In this document: positions 57,891-64,000 of the stretch, piece by piece
How the letters are laid out: each line of letters starts with the position of its first letter
How positions within the stretch are numbered: position 1 is the first letter of the stretch
Assembly: GCA_028698585.1 (NCBI GenBank)
Contig: JAQVWG010000002.1
Location: forward strand, 150,250-214,249
Direction: 5' to 3'
Length of the DNA stretch: 64,000 bases
DNA from: Clostridia bacterium
GTDB lineage: Bacteria; Bacillota; Clostridia; Christensenellales; CAG-314
Notes under the pieces: generated by a model
The model's database searches: none
Seen by the model: only the letters and a program-made list of their open reading frames with translations
What the model was told of the DNA's origin: nothing
Program-made: the position numbers and the translations under genes

Positions 57891-57919
57891 TTGAAAACCA
57901 TGCATGTTTGCTGTATAAT
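57891..57919 (+). promoter_or_regulatory. Promoter of nadD-yqeK-rsfS; predicts a leaderless mRNA
   Basis: TTGAAA (57891-57896), 17 nt, TATAAT (57914-57919), 6 nt, ATG 57926. Confidence 0.6.
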
Positions 57920-57925
57920 TGAGGT

Positions 57926-59128
57926 ATGAGAATAGGTTTATTCGGGGGCACGTTTGCGCCTCCACACAACACCCATGTTGAGATAGTCGATAAGTCAATT
58001 AAGCAACTCAAGTTGGATAAGATTTACGTTATGCCCTGTGGAATCCCTCCACATAAGACGACCAACACATCAGTTCAAGATAGATTGGCAATGACCGAGT
58101 TGGCGTTTGCTCACCTACCCAGAGTTGTGGTAGATGACTATGAGATAAACAAGCCTACTGTGGGATACACTTATCAGTCGCTCGAGTACCTTAAGGATAT
58201 GTACCCACTTGATACGCTATACTTAATAATCGGTGGGGACTCATTCGATGCATTCGAGAGTTGGGAGAAGCCTGAGAGAATTGCTCAACTAGCCATACTT
58301 GCCATTTGTGAGCGACAGGGAATCGATGTTGATTTCAATAAGCGTGCTGGTGAGATTATTAATAAATATCGTGCAACAGTAGTAAGAGTCAAGGTTAATC
58401 AATCTATGATATCCTCTACGCTTATTCGTACCGATTATCAGTTCGGCAATATACCCAATCTATATGTGCCTACCAGAGTGGACGCATATATATGTTATAA
58501 TAATCTATACAGCCAACATCGTGATAAGGTTGAGATGGTGAGGGCGTTATTAACGGATGATAAGTTCACTCACACATACGGTGTAGTTATCACTGGATTG
58601 GCTGTTGGCAAGGGAATGGTGGATGAGGACAAGATTTTTTTGGCATGTTTGTTACATGATTGCGCTAAGTATATCAAGAAGGACCAATATGCCAAGTATG
58701 GATTCGTACCACCAGCAGGTATGCCTAACAGCATTATACACGGTCCACTGGGCGCACGTGTAGCCAACAAGTTGTTCGGTATTACGGACGAAGAGATATT
58801 AGACGCCATATACTACCACACTATGGCGAGGGCTAATATGACTATGCTAGACAAGATTGTATATATAGCAGACAAAATAGAACCCAACAGGAATTATCCC
58901 ACTAACCATCTGGCAGGTAGCACGCTAGACCAGACTTTTGTCAATGTACTTAGAGAAGTGGTGCGAGTAGAGAAAGACAAGAATCACGACTTGTCCCTAG
59001 CAGACACGCAGAGCGCAATATGGCAGTATTTGACAGATAAATCCATCACCGATAATCAACAAGACAATCAAGAGGACAATCAACAAGATAATCCACAAGG
59101 AGAAGATAATGAGTCAAGAATTAGTTAA
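57926..59128 (+). CDS. nadD: Fusion protein: nicotinate-nucleotide adenylyltransferase (NadD) plus HD-domain Ap4A hydrolase YqeK
   Basis: N-terminal half GGTFAPPHNTH and ISSTLIR (NadD). C-terminal half FTHTYGV, LLHDCAKY, HGPLGA, YYHTMA, KIVYIADKIEPNR (YqeK). Ends in a DNQ-rich tail. Confidence 0.8.
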   Translation: MRIGLFGGTFAPPHNTHVEIVDKSIKQLKLDKIYVMPCGIPPHKTTNTSVQDRLAMTELAFAHLPRVVVDDYEINKPTVGYTYQSLEYLKDMYPLDTLYLIIGGDSFDAFESWEKPERIAQLAILAICERQGIDVDFNKRAGEIINKYRATVVRVKVNQSMISSTLIRTDYQFGNIPNLYVPTRVDAYICYNNLYSQHRDKVEMVRALLTDDKFTHTYGVVITGLAVGKGMVDEDKIFLACLLHDCAKYIKKDQYAKYGFVPPAGMPNSIIHGPLGARVANKLFGITDEEILDAIYYHTMARANMTMLDKIVYIADKIEPNRNYPTNHLAGSTLDQTFVNVLREVVRVEKDKNHDLSLADTQSAIWQYLTDKSITDNQQDNQEDNQQDNPQGEDNESRIS

Positions 59129-59453
59129 ACAGATATGTAAGGCACTAGCAGATAAGAAGGCAGACGGTATCAAGATTATTTCTATTAAGGGCATGACTGA
59201 CATTGCGGATTATTTCGTAATATGCTCGGGCAGGTCGGCACCTCAGGTCAAGGCAATACTCGACAACTTAGAAGAGAAACTGGAACTACAAGGCGTATTC
59301 GCCAAGCGCAAAGAGGGTGTGGCAGAGGGCAAGTGGATTGCTATAGACTATCAAGAGGTAATAGTGCACATATTCCACCACGAGATTAGAGAGATATATC
59401 AACTGGACAGATTGTGGAATAGTGGCAACAACGTGGTAGAATACGCAGAGTAG
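59109..59453 (+). CDS. rsfS: Ribosome silencing factor RsfS
   Basis: 114 aa. ALADKKADGIKIISIKGMTDIADYFVICSGRSAPQVKAI and WIAIDYQEVIVHIFHHEIREIYQLDRLW. Overlaps nadD-yqeK by 20 nt. Confidence 0.85.
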   Translation: MSQELVKQICKALADKKADGIKIISIKGMTDIADYFVICSGRSAPQVKAILDNLEEKLELQGVFAKRKEGVAEGKWIAIDYQEVIVHIFHHEIREIYQLDRLWNSGNNVVEYAE

Positions 59454-59591
59454 TCATTTAATGACATTTATATCACACATTTGATAAGTGACAGAATATG
59501 GATAATTTACCTGTACGGCGCCACGATATTATAAGTACCTACCCTTGTTCTACGACACGCAGACCATTAGTTATATAACGTATATAATAAT

Positions 59592-59620
59592 TAACACCGA
59601 TAAACAATCGGTGTTATTTT
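59592..59620. terminator. Bidirectional intrinsic terminator between rsfS and queT
   Basis: TAACACCGAT-AAACA-ATCGGTGTTA with TTTT on the plus side and an A/T-rich stretch (AATTATT as read on the minus strand) on the other. Confidence 0.75.
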
Positions 59621-59621
59621 G

Positions 59622-60104
59622 TTATGATTTATTGATTAGTGGGAGCACATTGCGTTTACATAACAGTAATATAGGTATTCCTAATGCGTAGAGTATAATT
59701 GATTGACTAATAAGAATAGACAGCACATTGGTCCAATAGAGTGTCATATTAGCACTGTCAAGTAGACACCATATCAATGGTAGCAATAATGCGTTGAGCA
59801 GTATTGGTGGCAGTGGAGCCAGCCACTTGTTCTTGATTAAACTAGTCAAGTATCCTGCCAGTAGGGTAATTAGACTGCCTAGTAATATGTCATAGATACC
59901 GAATGGCGAAGCCAGATTAGATAATATACAGCCGATGAATAATCCCCATATACTGTATGGCATTATGCATGGCAGTATGGTTAGACTCTCCGCCACTCTC
60001 AACTGTACAATACCATAACTAATGGGCGCAAGCAATAGCGTGAGTGCGACATATAGTGCAGATATGATGGCATTGAAACAGATAATCCTAGTTAAACTTT
60101 TCAT
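59622..60104 (-). CDS. queT: Queuosine precursor transporter QueT (ECF S-component)
   Basis: AIISALYVALTLLLAPISYGIVQLRVAESL and LSNLASPFGIYDILLGSLITLLAG match the QueT family pattern. The start at ATG 60104 is supported by promoter geometry (ORF track 60182). Confidence 0.7.
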   Translation of the reverse strand: MKSLTRIICFNAIISALYVALTLLLAPISYGIVQLRVAESLTILPCIMPYSIWGLFIGCILSNLASPFGIYDILLGSLITLLAGYLTSLIKNKWLAPLPPILLNALLLPLIWCLLDSANMTLYWTNVLSILISQSIILYALGIPILLLCKRNVLPLINKS

Positions 60105-60110
60105 GTACAT

Positions 60111-60139
60111 ATTTAACCACATAGTATAATAAATTGCAA
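60111..60139 (-). promoter_or_regulatory. Promoter of queT; predicts a leaderless mRNA
   Basis: Minus strand TTGCAA (60134-60139), 17 nt, TGgTTAAAT (-10 at 60111-60116), 6 nt, ATG 60104. Confidence 0.55.
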
Positions 60140-60209
60140 ACGACTCATAATAGAAATGCAACAATTGTGTAAATTGTGGCATAACAAATCAAAGGAGGAA
60201 AAAAACTGA

Positions 60210-60431
60210 ATGAACAGGGCATTATACGTATTGTCTATTATTGCGTTAATTATCGTGATTGTTGGGGCACTTAACTGGTTGCTTGTGGGAATCTTCTCCT
60301 TCAATTTGATAACTTTCATTACTGGCAATTTAATATGGTTGGCTAGAGCCATTTATGTGCTTGTTGGTATTGCAGGTATATACACGTTAGTATATCTGTG
60401 TATTGCCGGAACAGGTGAGATAAGAGAATAA
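60210..60431 (+). CDS. DUF378 domain membrane protein
   Basis: 73 aa with two TM helices. IVIVGALNWLLVGIFSFNLI is the family's GA(L/I)NWGL-like motif. AAAGGAGG SD. Confidence 0.7.
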   Translation: MNRALYVLSIIALIIVIVGALNWLLVGIFSFNLITFITGNLIWLARAIYVLVGIAGIYTLVYLCIAGTGEIRE

Positions 60432-60478
60432 TAAACTATCGCAATTGGACCGTAAGCATGCTAAAGGCAACCATTGTT

Positions 60479-60510
60479 CAAGGACACGCTACATCGATAG
60501 GGTGTCCTTG
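60479..60510 (+). terminator. Possible terminator after the DUF378 gene
   Basis: CAAGGACAC / GTGTCCTTG stem with a 14-nt loop and a weak T-tract. Confidence 0.4.
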
Positions 60511-60583
60511 TCCTATTATAACGCCATAAGCAACTAGTAAAAGTGCTTAAATTGATATATGATTATAAATGTGGTGTTTGTGT

Positions 60584-60612
60584 TTGCATTTTTGCATACA
60601 ATATGGTACAAT
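60584..60612 (+). promoter_or_regulatory. Promoter of the nfeD-floA operon
   Basis: TTGCAT (60584-60589), 17 nt, TGgTACAAT (-10 at 60607-60612). Confidence 0.6.
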
Positions 60613-60718
60613 GACCAAATAGCAGTGGTTAGAATGTAGTTACATATTGTCACTATCTAGCCCTACTATAGCGAGTTATTTTGTACGATGCTTACATACA
60701 ATGTAGGAGGGGAGTAAT

Positions 60719-61243
60719 ATGTTACATCAACTGGCGCTAATGCTTGTTACGGTCAATCTCAATTTTCTCGCCATACTTTTCGTTTGCGTGGGATTCATTC
60801 TATGTTTAGTAGAGGTGTTCATTCCCGGATTGGGTGTATTCGGTATAACCGGTGGTCTGTTATATATTATAGGTTTAATTATCGGTCTTATTAATGGAAT
60901 GCCTATATGGGCAGTCATACTGATGCTACTGTTAGGTATTGCAGTGGGTGTGTTTTTGGTATACTGGGTGAGCAGAGCCATTAAGAAGGGCAAGTTGGGT
61001 AAATCCAGTATTTTTAACGTCGGCACGGCTATCCCCACAGGCGTAACTGAGGGCACGAAGGACTATACCTATCTACTGGGTAAGGAAGGCACTACTATTA
61101 CGTTTCTGCGTCCTGTTGGCGTTGCCAAGTTTAACGGCGAGGTTATAGACGTCGTAGCCAAGACAGGCATTATCGATGAAGGACAGCGAGTAGTCGTCGT
61201 TCAGGTAGAAGGACAGCGAGTAGTCGTAGAAGTAGTGGAGTAA
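60719..61243 (+). CDS. NfeD family membrane protein (short form, YqeZ/YuaF-like)
   Basis: 174 aa. Three or four TM helices, then a C-terminal OB-like domain (GTTITFLRPVGVAKFNGEVIDVVAKTGIIDEGQRVVVVQVEG). Immediately upstream of floA. Confidence 0.7.
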   Translation: MLHQLALMLVTVNLNFLAILFVCVGFILCLVEVFIPGLGVFGITGGLLYIIGLIIGLINGMPIWAVILMLLLGIAVGVFLVYWVSRAIKKGKLGKSSIFNVGTAIPTGVTEGTKDYTYLLGKEGTTITFLRPVGVAKFNGEVIDVVAKTGIIDEGQRVVVVQVEGQRVVVEVVE

Positions 61244-61309
61244 TTTTGAGATTTTGACAAGTTCACTTAGAAACTTAGTTAACAAATTATACATATAAGG
61301 AGACAAATT

Positions 61310-62323
61310 ATGAGTATTCTTAATAGCTTACTAATGCTTATGCAAGTACGCCAAGATATCAGCTGGTTGATACCAGTGATTATTGTAGTTGTACTTTTCA
61401 TAATCGTACTAGCCATCGTTCCTGTGGGCACGTATTTTCGTGCACTTATCAGTAAAGCGCACGTCAGTATGGGACAATTAATCGGCATGAAACTGCGTAA
61501 AATACAGTTCAAAATGATTGTAGAGGCCTACATCCGTGCACGCAAGGCAGGACTTGACATAGAAGTTAATGAGTTAGAGACTCACATAATGGCAGGTGGT
61601 AACGTTCTCAATATAGTTGATGCGCTCATTTCTGCTCACTCTGCCAACATAGCGTTGACCCTGCAGACTGCCAAGGCAATAGACCTAGCAGGCAGAGACG
61701 TGCTTAACGCAGTTAAGGTATCCGTTAATCCCAAGGTTATAGAGACACCGATTATATCAGCTATTGCTAAGGATGGTATCGAGTTACGTGCTAAGGCAAG
61801 AGTTACTGTGCGTGCCAACATCGGCAGATTAGTCGGTGGCGCAGGAGAGGAAACAATTATCGCTCGTGTAGGCGAGGGCATTGTTACTACGGTCGGTTCG
61901 TCCATGTCGCACAAGGAAGTGCTAGAGAACCCTGATATGATTAGCAAGACCGTCCTTAAGAAAGGATTGGATGCTGGTACTGCATTCGAGATACTGTCGA
62001 TTGATATTGCCGACATAGACGTAGGAAGGAATATCGGTGCACAACTCCAAATGGACCAAGCAGAGGCAGATAAACGTATCGCTCAGGCTAAGGCAGAGGA
62101 GAGGCGTGCTATGGCCGTCAGTAGAGAGCAGGAGATGAAGGCAGCTACACAAGAGGCTAGGGCTAAGGTTGTCGAGGCTGAGGCCGAAGTTCCTAAGGCA
62201 ATGGCAGAGGCTTTCCGCTCAGGGAGACTGGGTGTAATGGATTACTACAGAATGGAAAACGTGCAAGCAGATACAGCAATGAGACAGAATCTATCTAATG
62301 TCAAGAAGGATAACAATAAGTAA
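61310..62323 (+). CDS. floA: Flotillin-like protein FloA (YqfA/UPF0365)
   Basis: 337 aa. [60 protein letters not shown], and an Ala/Glu-rich coiled-coil C-terminus. Confidence 0.85.
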   Translation: MSILNSLLMLMQVRQDISWLIPVIIVVVLFIIVLAIVPVGTYFRALISKAHVSMGQLIGMKLRKIQFKMIVEAYIRARKAGLDIEVNELETHIMAGGNVLNIVDALISAHSANIALTLQTAKAIDLAGRDVLNAVKVSVNPKVIETPIISAIAKDGIELRAKARVTVRANIGRLVGGAGEETIIARVGEGIVTTVGSSMSHKEVLENPDMISKTVLKKGLDAGTAFEILSIDIADIDVGRNIGAQLQMDQAEADKRIAQAKAEERRAMAVSREQEMKAATQEARAKVVEAEAEVPKAMAEAFRSGRLGVMDYYRMENVQADTAMRQNLSNVKKDNNK

Positions 62324-62826
62324 TGGAAGATCTATTAAGCTTAATAGGAATAATATGGGCTGTGATGGTTGGCTTGATTAGCTTAGTAGTTAGTATTGGC
62401 GCCAAGAGGGCCAAGTTGGCACAACAGACGCGTGAACAGTATAATGCTCGCAAGAGGGCAAAAGAAGAACAAGCCAAACAAGTCAAGAAGACACCAGCCA
62501 GTATGATGTCTACTAGACAGAATGCTACTCACACGCCCATTAAGAGCACGATAGATGTTTCCACCAACAGAATCAAGAGTACTTTTGATTCCGAGGTATA
62601 TGGGCACTCTCACGGCGCAGAAGGAGATGAAGTGGAGTTGGTACCCGACATCACCGGGAGTCTAGGAGGAGTGTCAACCGAAGGGTGCGAGGGACTCAAG
62701 AACGTGCGTTTTTTGACCAAAACCGTACAGGAAACAGAGGATGAGAGTGCACAGTTTGACGGTGAACAGATTGCGTATGCCATGATTTTGGGCTCTATGT
62801 TCAGTCAGCCTAAGTTCAAGGAATAA
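62323..62826 (+). CDS. Hypothetical membrane-anchored protein (occupies the yqfB position of the nfeD-floA operon)
   Basis: 167 aa. ATG overlaps the floA stop (TAATG). One N-terminal TM, then a basic/helical region. No family recognised. Confidence 0.5.
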   Translation: MEDLLSLIGIIWAVMVGLISLVVSIGAKRAKLAQQTREQYNARKRAKEEQAKQVKKTPASMMSTRQNATHTPIKSTIDVSTNRIKSTFDSEVYGHSHGAEGDEVELVPDITGSLGGVSTEGCEGLKNVRFLTKTVQETEDESAQFDGEQIAYAMILGSMFSQPKFKE

Positions 62827-62909
62827 ATGCCGAACGACAGATTATTCTGTTATTGTCTGCTATTTAGTGCGTACAATTGACCTACTGATATAGTACAATA
62901 TCTAATATC

Positions 62910-62940
62910 AAGAGAGTGGTGTTAATACCACTCTCTTTAC
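62910..62940 (+). terminator. Intrinsic terminator after the nfeD-floA operon
   Basis: AAGAGAGTGGT / ACCACTCTCTT stem followed by TAC TAT ATT. Confidence 0.65.
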
Positions 62941-63094
62941 TATATTGTTATTTGCTGGCTAATACGTTATATGTAGCACATAAGGTTTCAATATGACTAA
63001 TGTGCAGATATATATCAGCTTAATATTATATGGCATATTATAGATTAAGACACTTACGGACAGGTAATTAGATTATCTAATGTATGTACACTAA

Positions 63095-63123
63095 TTGACG
63101 AATTACCGCATAAGTGCTATAAT
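63095..63123 (+). promoter_or_regulatory. Promoter upstream of the 141-aa gene
   Basis: TTGACG (63095-63100), 17 nt, TGcTATAAT (-10 at 63118-63123). The ORF-track TTG 'start' at 63095 is this -35 box. Confidence 0.6.
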
Positions 63124-63178
63124 ACACTATAATGGCGTTGGGCAAACGATAAAATTGCTCATCACAATAGGGACTACA

Positions 63179-63601
63179 ATGGTTATAATCGCATGTATAG
63201 ACACTAATGGCACCATGATGTTCAACGGACGTAGACAGAGTCAAGACAGACTACTGCGCAAGCGTGTCATTGAGATGACTAAAGGGCATAAGCTGTATAT
63301 GAATAACTACACTGCCGAGCAGTTCGAGGAGTACTCCGACATTATCACAGTAGATGAGGACTATCTGTCTATTGCACAGTTTGGAGACTACTGTTTTGTC
63401 GAAGATGACAAGTTCTATGCCTACCAAGACAGAATTGACAAATTGATACTCTACAAGTGGAATGAGGCATACCCATACGACATGCATTTCCCATTAGATT
63501 TTACGCTCGATGAGTGGACGTTTATACGTAAGACGGACTTTGTCGGCAGTTCACACGATAGAATTACAGAGGAGATATACACGTTAAATGAAGCGAAATA
63601 G
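63179..63601 (+). CDS. Hypothetical protein (141 aa); N-terminus faintly DHFR/RibD_C-like
   Basis: MVIIACIDTNGTMMFNGRRQSQDR resembles the start of DHFR-fold proteins. Weak, from memory only. Confidence 0.4.
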   Translation: MVIIACIDTNGTMMFNGRRQSQDRLLRKRVIEMTKGHKLYMNNYTAEQFEEYSDIITVDEDYLSIAQFGDYCFVEDDKFYAYQDRIDKLILYKWNEAYPYDMHFPLDFTLDEWTFIRKTDFVGSSHDRITEEIYTLNEAK

Positions 63602-64000
63602 GTTATTGATAGTAACAGTGTCACTACTGTTATCCTTAATTATGTTGGTGTCGGCATGTCAGTTCGACAATGGTACCAACAATAATAATGGCAGTAGGGC
63701 GGCATTCGACTTGTCTACTGTGCCGTCATATACTAATCAGCCCTATGTACAAGTCAATGGTAATGTACCGTTTTTTGTCTCTACTGGTATCGCCAAGAGT
63801 TCATTCGAGAGTTATTCAGAGTTAGATTCATTAAGGCGTTGTGGCGTAGTGTACGCCAGTATAGGACAGGACATTATGCCTGCTAGTCAAGACAGTCAAG
63901 ATATCAGTTATGTCATACCGACTGGTTGGAATGATGCGGAGTATTCCATTATCACAGGCAGGCAACTATATGCTCGTACTCGACTGTTGGCATATCAGCT
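63588..64000 (+). CDS. DNA/RNA non-specific (EndA / DNA-entry nuclease-like) lipoprotein, 3'-truncated by the window end
   Basis: Not in the ORF track because it is open-ended. My translation from ATG 63588 has no stops. It gives MKRNRLLIVTVSLLLSLIMLVSAC (lipobox), then FESYSELDSLRRCGVVYASIG...VIPTGWN...LYARTRLLAYQ, resembling the EndA family. Confidence 0.6.
   Translation, partial: MKRNRLLIVTVSLLLSLIMLVSACQFDNGTNNNNGSRAAFDLSTVPSYTNQPYVQVNGNVPFFVSTGIAKSSFESYSELDSLRRCGVVYASIGQDIMPASQDSQDISYVIPTGWNDAEYSIITGRQLYARTRLLAYQ

Noticed and set aside
60105-60209. preQ1 riboswitch upstream of queT
   Set aside because: I could not find the preQ1-I or preQ1-II consensus (P1 hairpin plus an A-rich tail ending in CUA(A/G)GG). 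The promoter geometry leaves essentially no 5' leader.
63095-63178. ORF-track start at TTG 63095, and other upstream-extended starts at 6540, 7238, 9475, 11025, 19566, 23239, 51063, 54121 and 60182
   Set aside because: The extensions contain promoter boxes or the SD itself. Internal ATG/TTG codons have proper SD spacing or leaderless geometry, and the homologous families start near the internal codons.
1-64000. Mobile elements, prophage, defence islands, alternative genetic code
   Set aside because: I recognised no transposase, integrase, recombinase, phage structural, RM, TA, Abi or cas genes. Housekeeping genes are full length under the standard code with normal TAA/TAG/TGA stops.

Overview
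AT-rich chromosomal segment of a Firmicutes/Clostridia-type bacterium, judged from Spo0A, ECF-type vitamin transporters (ThiT, QueT), long-form HPF, NfeD-FloA and the obg-yhbY-nadD/yqeK-rsfS neighbourhood. I can support about 53 protein-coding genes, one tRNA-Arg(CCG), one TPP riboswitch with its attenuator, several promoters and terminators, and five intergenic tandem-repeat arrays. Gene content is mostly housekeeping: nagA; lpd-tdh-kbl (threonine to glycine); glgB-glgP-GH13 (glycogen); upp, cdd, pdp (pyrimidine salvage); clpC, hpf, greA, lysS, nth, obg. There is also an ECF sigma / anti-sigma / beta-propeller lipoprotein module, a split chromate-transporter pair, a GlpA-like / oxidoreductase / DUF1667 trio and a P1B metal ATPase. 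I found no transposase, integrase, phage, CRISPR, restriction-modification or recognisable toxin/defence genes, and no convincing new multi-gene system. The observations most worth a second look are these. (1) A Spo0A whose receiver domain lacks the phospho-acceptor Asp (Glu instead) and the acidic pocket. (2) Six genes with the same promoter geometry, a -10 box 6-8 nt before the ATG and no SD, implying leaderless mRNAs. (3) Unrelated long-unit tandem repeats (74, 95, 101, 129 and 159 bp), four of them purely intergenic and the 95-bp one duplicating a gene's 3' end; the 159-bp x3 array abuts the metal-ATPase promoter, which carries a CsoR-like C/G-tract dyad. (4) A 1269-aa lipoprotein with about eleven tandem C-x2-C-x3-C-x-H knuckles fused to a DUF885-type domain. 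(5) A catalytically degenerate FtsE-like ATPase coupled to an S41 peptidase with no FtsX. All family names come from motif recognition by eye and memory; no database search was possible.
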